Source: Candidatus Woesearchaeota archaeon (GTDB lineage: Archaea; Nanobdellota; Nanobdellia; Woesearchaeales; DSVV01). From it: a stretch of 64,000 bases of DNA. The stretch lies in assembly GCA_016192995.1 (NCBI GenBank), contig JACPTB010000001.1:65110-129109 (forward strand), given 5' to 3'. Positions 50,229 through 59,059 of the stretch are shown here, one piece after another. The translations under genes were made by a program, and so were the position numbers. The stretch's first letter is position 1, and each line of letters starts with the position of its first letter. The notes below the pieces were generated by a model, which saw only the letters and a list, made by a program, of their open reading frames with translations, was not told the origin of the DNA and searched no databases.

Positions 50229-51491
50229 TTACTCTACCATCCATTTATAAATAGGCAACACTTGTATCTTTTTGCTTTTCATCCGTATATCTTCTGTTTG
50301 TTCATGGGTCAGCATTATTCCTGTTTTCAACTTGAATTTGTCCATTGCTTCAATTAAACCTGCTATTTCTCTTTCCTTATTATCTTTATTCAGGACGTAG
50401 CATACCTGTATGGCTTGTGTTATTTTTGTCCCTTTTTTTGTTATAAAATCACATTCGTTTTCATTAGTATAATAAAATACCTCATTGTTTCTTCTTTTTA
50501 ATTCAATAAATACCATATTTTCCAGTATTTTTCCCTTGTTTTCTGAAAAGTTTGTCCCACATATTTGATTGAATGCAGAATCCACGAGATATATTTTTCT
50601 TGGGGAGTTAAGCTGTTGTTTCAGTGAATAGGAGAATTTCAGCAGTTCAAAAAACAAATAAGAGTTACTTAAGTAAGAAATATATTCTTTGACGGTTATC
50701 GCATTTCCTAAACCAAGAGTTTTCTTTAATGAGTTGTAGGTGAATTGTGAGGAAATGTTTGTACCAAGTAGGTTTATCAGTTCTTTAATTATCTTCTGCT
50801 TTCTTATAGAATATCTTGTTATAACATCCTTGTATAATATATTCTCATAAACTGTTTTAATATATTCTTTATCCTTGTTTTTTAGGTATTCCGGCAAACC
50901 CCCTAATGATACATACTCTTCAAAGAGCTTTATCAATTCAACTTTCTTCTCAACGATGTAAAAATCATTTTTCTCTAAGGTTATATTCCTAAATTTAAGA
51001 AATTCTTTGAAAGAAAATGGATAGACTTCAAACGGTTTGTATCTCCCGGTCAATCTCGTACCAAATTCCTTGCTAAGTAAAGAAGCATTAGAACCTGTAA
51101 TTATGACTTTCTTTCCCTCATCCTGCAATCTTCTAACAAACGTCTCAAACTTATCTATATTCTGTATTTCATCAAAAAAATAAATATTTATCTTGCCATA
51201 TTCTTCAATAAGAACCTCATTAAGCACTTCAAAATCCTGAGCCATAAAATCCAAGAATCTTTCATCCTCAAAGTTAACATAACACCAATCAGACACATTT
51301 TGCATAACTTCCTTAAGCAGCGTAGATTTGCCGCATCTTCTAACACCGGTAAGAATAATCACCCTATCATCCTTAATCCACTTTAAAATTTCGTCCAGCA
51401 GATCTCTCACAACAAAACGTTGTTTAGTTAAAATCTCCTGTTTTTGCCTCATTACTACTTTCCTTAAGATATCCTTGTCAAACATACTCAT
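50229..51491 (-). CDS. AAA ATPase with C-terminal nuclease-like domain (AAA_14/DUF4143 type), paralogue of 26870
   Basis: GVRRCGKST, FFDEIQ, ITGSNAS, LTGR, RKIYLVD, LENMV, ECDF, QVCY. Confidence 0.9.
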   Translation of the reverse strand: MSMFDKDILRKVVMRQKQEILTKQRFVVRDLLDEILKWIKDDRVIILTGVRRCGKSTLLKEVMQNVSDWCYVNFEDERFLDFMAQDFEVLNEVLIEEYGKINIYFFDEIQNIDKFETFVRRLQDEGKKVIITGSNASLLSKEFGTRLTGRYKPFEVYPFSFKEFLKFRNITLEKNDFYIVEKKVELIKLFEEYVSLGGLPEYLKNKDKEYIKTVYENILYKDVITRYSIRKQKIIKELINLLGTNISSQFTYNSLKKTLGLGNAITVKEYISYLSNSYLFFELLKFSYSLKQQLNSPRKIYLVDSAFNQICGTNFSENKGKILENMVFIELKRRNNEVFYYTNENECDFITKKGTKITQAIQVCYVLNKDNKEREIAGLIEAMDKFKLKTGIMLTHEQTEDIRMKSKKIQVLPIYKWMVE

Positions 51492-51594
51492 TAGTAATTA
51501 GTACATATATATAAATATTCTCATTGAAAATGAGTAGAAACTCGAAAGCAGGTAATCATCGTCAAAAGATGGTTCGTTCTTCACCTTTCTCAGT

Positions 51595-53055
51595 CTATTC
51601 ATTTGCTGCAAGCGCCGTGTTAGAATTGACTTTAACTATATGGCCAGAAGCTGTTTTAAATTTAGCGCTTGCATAAGGTAGTCTCATATTGCCAATGATT
51701 TTTAAACGTGATTTTATTTTATACGTTAAAATACGCTCTTCATAGCCTTCAAGAGCAGCTATGCTCCATCTGATAACAGTACCTTTCTTCTCATGTTTTA
51801 AGATTTTATCCGGCGCTAGAGTGCCATGGCTGAATTCTTTTTCAACTTGCGCTATATGAGTTACTCGATCCATAATAAATACTTCTTCTACAGGCTTATT
51901 TGTTCTATTTTTTACATGAATCAACACTTTAATGTGAGACATATTGCTATTTGCATCGTCTTTGTTTAAAACAACAGCTTCTTTAGATATGATTACAGGA
52001 CTCCTAAACACAAAATAAGCTATAACCCCAAGAATCAGAAGGATAATTGCAGTAAATAGATATCTGAAATTAGTGCTTATAACAATTATTTGCTTTTCTT
52101 GAGGGGGAATATCAAGAGTCCACGTAAAATAACGCTCACCTTCTTCGGTAATCACTTCTCCTTTAGGCATCGCTGATGTAAACAGCTGGTTAAACAAGGT
52201 AGTTTTGAACGTGATCTTTTCGTTATTGACTACATTACCATCATTAGTAAATGTTTTAGTAATTACTTCTTTAAGAAACTGCTTATTAACATCCTCTTCT
52301 GTTTTGAGATCAGAATAAGCCTTAACTTTAATCACTTTTTTAGTCGAAAATGATCCTTCTTCAGCAGCTACCGTAACCATTAACAGGTCATTTTGAGGAG
52401 GTGTTAATGGATCATAAATAACGGTAAAACTCTCAGTTTTTCGCTCGAGAGGCGCCAGCGAAATCATTTTATCTCCATTAAACAGTTTGCTTTCAACCAT
52501 TACTTTTAATTCAGGAATATTAAGCTTGTTTTTGTTGAGAAGGTTTATTTTTAATTCAAATGGCTGGCGAGGATCTACTTGCTCAGGAAAATCAACATCA
52601 AGATTTATTGAAGGGATATATCCTCCAACAGTATTAGATGGATCTTTAACAATTAATATACTGCTTACTTGCTGGCTATTGCCGCCTTTTTTTGAAGTTA
52701 TATCTAAATTGAACTCATGAGGGCCATAATTAACAATTTCTGAAGGAATAACATATATTTTAAAGCTGACTGTTTGTCCTGGTTGAAGATTAATCCCAGA
52801 AAGATATGAAAGCTTTTCAGTTTCAATACTCCATTTATTGCCGTTGTAAAAATTTAATATGAAACTATCAGGTTCTTCATTAAGGTTGGTAATGCTGAGC
52901 TGATAAACAGCTTTTTCTCCTGGCAAAGCTGCGTAAGTAATTTTAGTAAACTTAACCTGAAAATCAGAAAGAGCTGTTACAAAACTAAAGGTTAACAAGA
53001 GCATTGTTAAAAAAATAAGTGATACACGACCTGCTCGACCCCTTTTTTGCACCAA
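51595..53055 (-). CDS. Secreted Ig-like-domain membrane protein
   Basis: Signal peptide, beta-rich repeats, one TM near aa 335-350, C-terminal beta domain. Confidence 0.7.
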   Translation of the reverse strand: MVQKRGRAGRVSLIFLTMLLLTFSFVTALSDFQVKFTKITYAALPGEKAVYQLSITNLNEEPDSFILNFYNGNKWSIETEKLSYLSGINLQPGQTVSFKIYVIPSEIVNYGPHEFNLDITSKKGGNSQQVSSILIVKDPSNTVGGYIPSINLDVDFPEQVDPRQPFELKINLLNKNKLNIPELKVMVESKLFNGDKMISLAPLERKTESFTVIYDPLTPPQNDLLMVTVAAEEGSFSTKKVIKVKAYSDLKTEEDVNKQFLKEVITKTFTNDGNVVNNEKITFKTTLFNQLFTSAMPKGEVITEEGERYFTWTLDIPPQEKQIIVISTNFRYLFTAIILLILGVIAYFVFRSPVIISKEAVVLNKDDANSNMSHIKVLIHVKNRTNKPVEEVFIMDRVTHIAQVEKEFSHGTLAPDKILKHEKKGTVIRWSIAALEGYEERILTYKIKSRLKIIGNMRLPYASAKFKTASGHIVKVNSNTALAANE

Positions 53056-53135
53056 GATTAAAACCCCTGTATATTACCTTATTAATTCCCTATTTATATC
53101 TAAATAGCTTTATAAAACTTTCTATCTCGAGTTCA

Positions 53136-55616
53136 TTATTTCTGGAAAGATACTCTGCTTATATGACCTGTTTTCTCGATTTTAATCACCGTATCAACAA
53201 AACTCTCTATTTTAGCTTCATGACTGACCATAATTACCTGTTTAATAAGAAGCTCGCCTAATACGTCTTTAAGCTGATCTAATTGTTCATGGCTAAAACC
53301 CTCAGTAGGCTCATCAAGAATAAGAATATCCTTCGTTGCAATAGAATTCATAAATTCATTAATTACTTTGTTTAACGCAAGCCTGTATGCTAGACAAACA
53401 GCAGTTCGTTCACCACCTGAAACACTAGTAATATCAAGTTCATAGCCATTTTGCTCAATAACTGGGGTAAATTCCTCATCTAAACGCACACTGATCATTT
53501 CATCACCCATCAAGAGCTTAAACCAATCGATGAAGATACGATTGAATTCATGATATACCTGAAGCATAACCTGCTTTTCAATAACAAAGGTGATATTAAC
53601 AAAAAATTTGTTCAACCAGTTGGTGTACTGATTAATCGCAGTAATTTTCTTTTGAAAAACTAATTTCTCATCAAGTTCCTGCTTTCGTTTTTCCAGCAGT
53701 TCAATACTATACTGTTTTTCGGTTTCTAACTTTGTTTTTTCTATAGAAAGCTTCTTCTCTTGAAGATTTAATTGCTCAAGTTCCTGCTCAAACTGTTTAT
53801 ATCTTATTTCGCTTTCCTTTGTTTCTTGCAGTTTACTGCTTGCAACCATTATCTTATCTTTTGTAACAAGCAATTCATTGCTTGCTAGCCCGTTGTTTTT
53901 AGAAAGCATTTGTTCTTCTGTTTCAAGCTCTGAAAGCCGACTAATTTTTACCTGGCGCTGCTGATTGATTTCGTGATATTTTTGCCATTGCTCAAGAAAC
54001 AATTTATACTGGTTCCGCTTTTGCACATATTCTTCTGGTTTATATTCTTTCAGCAACTCTTGTTCTTTGATAATATGACTTCTAATCTCTTCTGCTTTTT
54101 CTAGAAGTTTTTCTTTATCTTTAATCTCATGATCCACTCGTTCCAGTGAAGCAAGTTCAACCTGGAGCTTTTCCTGCTCCAGCTCCCGACGCTGGGCTTG
54201 TTCGAGCGCTTGACGGCTAGCATAGACTTGCTGTTCACTAGCTTTCTTTTCAGCATTCAACACCATTAAATGCTTTTTAGCCTCATGGCATTCTCTCTCT
54301 TTAAGCATATATACTTCTGCTTTGTGTTCTTCATTAACTTCCTGGAGACAAGTAGGGCATTTATTTAGCTCAGCTAGCTTTTCCTTTACTTTTACTGCTC
54401 GATCAATAGTAATTTCATGCTCAGTGACATAACCAGCAACAACAGAAATATTTTTTTCAAGGTTAAGTATTTCTTGCTTCAAAAAATTTATATCTTTTTT
54501 GCTGCTCTTCAATTTTTCCCATGTTGTTTTTTTTAATTCAAAACAATTAAGAACTATTTTTTTTTGCTCTATTTCCTGACGGAGCTGCGTAATTGTTTTT
54601 GTATTGAACAATAATTCTTCCTGGTTTCTCAGCTGCCGTTCTTTATATTCCTGATATTCTTCATCAAGTTTTTGCAATGAGCGCTCTATTTCATCGCGCG
54701 GCATGTCAGTTGGTTTTTCAATAACAAGGGATTGCAGTTCTTTTTTTAATGCTTCTTTGTGCAGACTGTTTTTTTCAGCCTGCACTGCTATTTTTTCTTT
54801 TAATTCATGAAGATTCCTTAACCTTGTTTCTTCAACTGCCAAGGCTTGTTTAGCATTATAGTATTCCTGCACCTGCTGCTGCTGCTGTTGAAGCTGAACT
54901 CTTTTTTCATGCTGCTGATCTTTTATGAAGCTCATCTGCGGCAACAATTCTTGAAGATTAGCTTCCAGCTCTTTTATCTTCAGCTTATATTCTTTTATTT
55001 GAGCTTCTTTTTCAGGGATATCGTGTACAAGCCCTTCAAAATAAGCGCGCTGTAATTTCAACTGTTTGACAATAATTATTGCATTTTCTCTGATTTTTTT
55101 ATATTTTTCAACATTGAATACTCTCCTCAATGTTTCAAGCCTTGTTTCTTTACTTTCCAGCAAAATACGCTTCATTGCTTCCTGCGGCGTATACACGGTG
55201 TAACGATAAATCAGGTCTTTGGTCTTGGTAAGGAGATCATCAGAATAGCCAAGCAGCTCCAATATTTTTGCTTTTAATTCTATAGCAGTGCAGTCTGTTT
55301 TAACATCATCAATAATAATAAAACCACTTTCTTGTTTGACACTATTGGATCTCCGCAGATTACGATGGATAATAACTGATTTTTTGCTGATTTCACTGGC
55401 TAATTCCACGCAACCTTCATGCTTGCCATTCCGAAGAAGAGCATCGCCTTCAAGACTCCCTCGAATAAAACCAAATAACGCAAATTCTATGGCATGGAGA
55501 ATAGTTGATTTTCCAGCGCCAATATCGCCTGAAAGCAATATAGTGCCTTCTGGAAAAACAATTGTTTCATCAGTATACGAACGAATATTGTGCAGTTTGA
55601 TTGATTTAAAAATCAT
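53136..55616 (-). CDS. rad50: Rad50/SbcC-like SMC ATPase
   Basis: NIRSY, GDIGAGKST, coiled coil with CPTC zinc hook, SGGE, ILDEPT, VSH. Confidence 0.88.
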   Translation of the reverse strand: MIFKSIKLHNIRSYTDETIVFPEGTILLSGDIGAGKSTILHAIEFALFGFIRGSLEGDALLRNGKHEGCVELASEISKKSVIIHRNLRRSNSVKQESGFIIIDDVKTDCTAIELKAKILELLGYSDDLLTKTKDLIYRYTVYTPQEAMKRILLESKETRLETLRRVFNVEKYKKIRENAIIIVKQLKLQRAYFEGLVHDIPEKEAQIKEYKLKIKELEANLQELLPQMSFIKDQQHEKRVQLQQQQQQVQEYYNAKQALAVEETRLRNLHELKEKIAVQAEKNSLHKEALKKELQSLVIEKPTDMPRDEIERSLQKLDEEYQEYKERQLRNQEELLFNTKTITQLRQEIEQKKIVLNCFELKKTTWEKLKSSKKDINFLKQEILNLEKNISVVAGYVTEHEITIDRAVKVKEKLAELNKCPTCLQEVNEEHKAEVYMLKERECHEAKKHLMVLNAEKKASEQQVYASRQALEQAQRRELEQEKLQVELASLERVDHEIKDKEKLLEKAEEIRSHIIKEQELLKEYKPEEYVQKRNQYKLFLEQWQKYHEINQQRQVKISRLSELETEEQMLSKNNGLASNELLVTKDKIMVASSKLQETKESEIRYKQFEQELEQLNLQEKKLSIEKTKLETEKQYSIELLEKRKQELDEKLVFQKKITAINQYTNWLNKFFVNITFVIEKQVMLQVYHEFNRIFIDWFKLLMGDEMISVRLDEEFTPVIEQNGYELDITSVSGGERTAVCLAYRLALNKVINEFMNSIATKDILILDEPTEGFSHEQLDQLKDVLGELLIKQVIMVSHEAKIESFVDTVIKIEKTGHISRVSFQK

Positions 55617-55660
55617 ATAATCGTGAGCATGGTTGTATTTTTATAGATTTATATCATCTA

Positions 55661-55826
55661 GGCTTCATCCAAAAATGAGGTTAGCGCCCTCAGGTCGAAA
55701 CTCTTTACAGTACCGGTTTAAAGAGGTCAGAGGGGCGGCTCCTTCGGAGCGTGACCGTTTATGCGATTGAAATATACGAAGTTTCGAAGGCGCTAACCTG
55801 GCGGCAGCCATTTTTTGGATGAAGCC
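55661..55826 (+). mobile_element. Palindromic MITE-like element, subtype B copy 3
   Basis: IR ggcttcatccaaaaa/tttttggatgaagcc; perfect 9-bp TSD tatcatcta. Confidence 0.92.
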
Positions 55827-55862
55827 TATCATCTAATAACATATACATGAAACATAATCAAA

Positions 55863-56069
55863 GGCTCTAATGAAAATCTCGGCATAGCCTCGGTTTTATT
55901 AAAAATCACTATTTTTAATCCCTGAGATCCTTCGGATTCAGGTGACATCAGTTCGGCTTGTTAAGAGTATATCTTATTGGATTTTTCTCTCTGGAACTCC
56001 GAAAAATCCCCACACTTAAACGTGAAGAGCCTCACAAAAAGATGCCAAAACTACATTTTCATTAGAGCC
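55863..56069 (-). mobile_element. Palindromic MITE-like element, subtype D copy 3 (with 46-nt module)
   Basis: IR ggctctaatgaaaat/attttcattagagcc; no TSD detectable. Confidence 0.88.
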
Positions 56070-56079
56070 TTAGTTAGAA

Positions 56080-57066
56080 CTATCTCTTCAATCTCTCTTT
56101 CAATTCTTTAATCAAGATTGCTTCTCGCGGTTCTACTTTTTCTTCTAAGGCAAGATAATAACTTGCTAAACTTCCAATGAGGAATGCTGTACACAATCTT
56201 GTCAGCTCATTTGAACCAGTAACTAATATTTCTGTTGTTGCAAAACCTCTGCTTTTAACTAATTGTTTCATTACTTCAAACCGTTTTTTCATCACAGCAG
56301 TTTCTTCTGCGTCTTTGAGGAAAATAACATGGTAGTCTGATGCCTTTTTTCTGAAACCCATGAGTTCATTATGGCAAACTTCAGGCATTAATCCTGCAAA
56401 TGCATGAACTTCACTATTTTCATTGAAGTCACATTTCCAACGGTATGCAACTGAATAAAGATGATCTGATGCATAGATCAACGGCGTTTTATCGCGCAAG
56501 CTTAATCCTAAGTCATAAGCAACTTCATGAATTTTAGGGCTTTTTAATGCTGCTATTGTTTCTTTGATAAAGTCAACTTGTGACGGAATAAGTTTAGAAT
56601 TTTCAAGAATACGAAGCATCATGAAAAACATTGTTGGGGAAGAATAGCGAGGCTCTGGAAACAAAGGCATAATAAAATAATGATTGTCATTAAGCTTGAA
56701 AATATCCTTTAATTTGCCGCCAGTAAATAACCCAATGCATTTAGCTCTTCTCTTTGATGCTTCTTTGTATGCTGCAACAGTTTCTTCAGTATTGCCTGAA
56801 TAACTGCAAACAAAAACCAAGGTTCTTTTATCTACATACAGGGGAATAGTATAATCATTAACAACATCAACACGTAGTTTAGTATTTCTCAAATAAGTTT
56901 TAAGAATTCTTCCTGCAATCCCGCTGCCACCCATCCCTATAATCAAAACGGTATCAACTGCATCAGGAATTGCATAGCCGCCAATAATTTCTACTGCTTT
57001 TACAATATGCACAGGCATGTCGAGAATAACCTGTTTAATCGGATCAATAGTTTCGGTTTCTGGCAT
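56080..57066 (-). CDS. Bifunctional phosphoglucose/phosphomannose isomerase (SIS fold)
   Basis: GMGGSG, SYSGNTEET, RWKCDFNEN, PEVCHNE. Confidence 0.92.
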   Translation of the reverse strand: MPETETIDPIKQVILDMPVHIVKAVEIIGGYAIPDAVDTVLIIGMGGSGIAGRILKTYLRNTKLRVDVVNDYTIPLYVDKRTLVFVCSYSGNTEETVAAYKEASKRRAKCIGLFTGGKLKDIFKLNDNHYFIMPLFPEPRYSSPTMFFMMLRILENSKLIPSQVDFIKETIAALKSPKIHEVAYDLGLSLRDKTPLIYASDHLYSVAYRWKCDFNENSEVHAFAGLMPEVCHNELMGFRKKASDYHVIFLKDAEETAVMKKRFEVMKQLVKSRGFATTEILVTGSNELTRLCTAFLIGSLASYYLALEEKVEPREAILIKELKERLKR

Positions 57067-57233
57067 AATTAATGTGAATTAACCTTACTATTTATAGTTA
57101 TTGGTTCTAAGTACGTAATAAGTATATTTATAAGGTAGTAATACCTAAGAGTAACCATATTGTCGGATTTACGGTTTAGAAGTGGAAATATTTATATTAA
57201 GAGATCAAACTCTTAAAAGAGGTGTGAATCAAA

Positions 57234-57479
57234 ATGGAAAATGCTATTGAAAGTACTCAAAAAGAGAAAACTATATTAGTTGAAATTGAATATGCTGAAG
57301 ATTTTCAAGAGTTTATACTTTTAAATAATGATGTTCTTGTAGATGAAGAGAATAAGAATATGATTATGAATGCAGAAAAGGAGGAACTTTTGCAAGTTGT
57401 TAAAGAGATTGGTTCAACACCAATAGTAATCAAATCAGTTCATAAATATGATGAAAACTTCTTGCTAAAGAATTTTTAA
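57234..57479 (+). CDS. Small acidic hypothetical protein
   Basis: 81 aa, D/E-rich, SD gaggtg, directly abuts the next ORF. Confidence 0.6.
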   Translation: MENAIESTQKEKTILVEIEYAEDFQEFILLNNDVLVDEENKNMIMNAEKEELLQVVKEIGSTPIVIKSVHKYDENFLLKNF

Positions 57480-57953
57480 ATGCCATCAGTGAAGTTCCGA
57501 TATAGAATACTTACAGATATACATTTTGTAAGGTGGTTAATCAATAAGGATAAGACTTGTTTTCTTAAACTAACACATATTAAAGCTTCTTCTGCAGATT
57601 GTAAGAAAGAACATAATGTAATTGTTGAAGAAGATGCACAAAAAATAATTGAAGAAAAAAATATCAAAGAATCAAATTTAAGGGCAGCGTTTAAAGGATT
57701 ATCGATACCGCATGAAATAACTAAAGTTCTACAAGATAAATACGACAGGATGATTCTATTTGCAATAGTTTTGGCTACAGATAAACCATATTTTACTTAT
57801 ATATTAACAACTAAGGATCACATTAGTAAGTATAATGGATCGTTACATATTAAAAATGTAAAAAGTATTTCTGTAAAATCAGAAGAAGAAGCACTAAAAA
57901 TCATTGATATTCTTTGGCAAGAATTTTGTTTTATAAGGGAAACTAAAAGATAA
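57480..57953 (+). CDS. Hypothetical protein, possibly divergent PIN fold
   Basis: RILTD.HF, later D..DRMILFA and YILT spaced as in PIN domains. Confidence 0.5.
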   Translation: MPSVKFRYRILTDIHFVRWLINKDKTCFLKLTHIKASSADCKKEHNVIVEEDAQKIIEEKNIKESNLRAAFKGLSIPHEITKVLQDKYDRMILFAIVLATDKPYFTYILTTKDHISKYNGSLHIKNVKSISVKSEEEALKIIDILWQEFCFIRETKR

Positions 57954-58146
57954 ATTACTATTGTAACTTATATCGAAATTATACAAAACAACCAAACTCC
58001 CTCAACTTAACAACTACAGACTTACCAGAACTTATAACAGACAAAATTTATAAATTACCTTGAGGTTCTTGAATAGGGCAATGTGGGTAGTTGCTTACCT
58101 GAAGCCAACAGTACCTTGTACTGCATAAAAGAATGGAGGCAGAACT

Positions 58147-58725
58147 ATGGGATTATACCAGCATATTAGAAAAGTATGGAACAAGCCTAAAGAAAGCTTA
58201 GGTCCTTTATGGCAGGAAAGGCTTATTGCCTGGAGGCAAGAAAATTCTAGCACGAGAATTGAACGGCCTACAAGAATTGATCGCGCTCGATCACTTGGTT
58301 ATAAAGCTAAAGAAGGTGTTATTGTCGTGCGGCAGCGAGTTCCTCGAGGAGGACATTATCGCTCAAAACCTTCTGGCGGGCGAAGACCAAAACGTTTTGG
58401 AAGAAGAAAAGATCTTCATAAAAATTATCAATGGATTGCAGAAGAACGAGCAAATAAAAGATATGTTAACTGCGAAGTTCTCAATAGTTATTACGTCGCC
58501 CATGATGGTCAATATTATTGGTATGAAATTATCCTCGTAGATAAAAATCATCCAGCAATTAAGCGCGATCATGAATTATCATGGATCACTGAAGCGCAAC
58601 ATACAGGGCGAGTCTATCGAGGCTTGACCAGCGCTGCAAGAAAAAGCCGTGGCTTGAGAAACAAAGGTATTGGCGCAGAAAAGGCGCGACCAAGTTTGCG
58701 AGCGCATGATAGGAAAATGAGATAG
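58147..58725 (+). CDS. rpl15e: Ribosomal protein eL15
   Basis: RPTRIDRARSLGYKAKEG, VLNSY, RGLTSA. Confidence 0.97.
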   Translation: MGLYQHIRKVWNKPKESLGPLWQERLIAWRQENSSTRIERPTRIDRARSLGYKAKEGVIVVRQRVPRGGHYRSKPSGGRRPKRFGRRKDLHKNYQWIAEERANKRYVNCEVLNSYYVAHDGQYYWYEIILVDKNHPAIKRDHELSWITEAQHTGRVYRGLTSAARKSRGLRNKGIGAEKARPSLRAHDRKMR

Positions 58726-58776
58726 ATTCATTTTTTTATTTTGTTTTTTAAAATATAAAAAAGATAAAAAATAAAA

Positions 58777-59040
58777 TTACCAATTCACTTCATCTAATTC
58801 CTGCTCAAAATTATTGAAGTTTTCATCGCTTAACTCTTGTTCAAGAGTTTTCGCTTCATTCAACGTTGTTTCTGTTTCTTCAACATCTCCTGGTGCTTGT
58901 TGCACCACAGCTGTATCAGTACTTTCCTGAAGAGAATCAGGAGAGTTGGAAGCACTCTTTTCGTTGTTCAGATTTGTTGAACAACCAACAAAAGCAATAG
59001 ATACCAACAACAATCCGATAATGGTTAATACATATTTCAT
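58777..59040 (-). CDS. Small acidic lipoprotein
   Basis: Lipobox-like FVGC after a hydrophobic helix. Confidence 0.7.
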   Translation of the reverse strand: MKYVLTIIGLLLVSIAFVGCSTNLNNEKSASNSPDSLQESTDTAVVQQAPGDVEETETTLNEAKTLEQELSDENFNNFEQELDEVNW

Positions 59041-59059
59041 TTGTCAACACCTCTCTCTT

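Noticed and set aside
53136-55616. Rad50-like gene as part of an SMC-based defence system
   Set aside because: It has a classical CxxC zinc hook and no adjacent Wadjet or Lamassu partners; the lack of a neighbouring mre11 alone is weak evidence.
4925-56069. CRISPR or TIGR array reading of the repeat/variable pattern
   Set aside because: Units are dispersed single insertions with TSDs, not tandem repeat-spacer arrays; no cas or Nop-domain gene and no canonical C-box RTGATGA is visible in them.
57111-57123. Complete subtype A element at gtacgtaataagt
   Set aside because: Only 13 bp match, with no partner end or core; at most a remnant.
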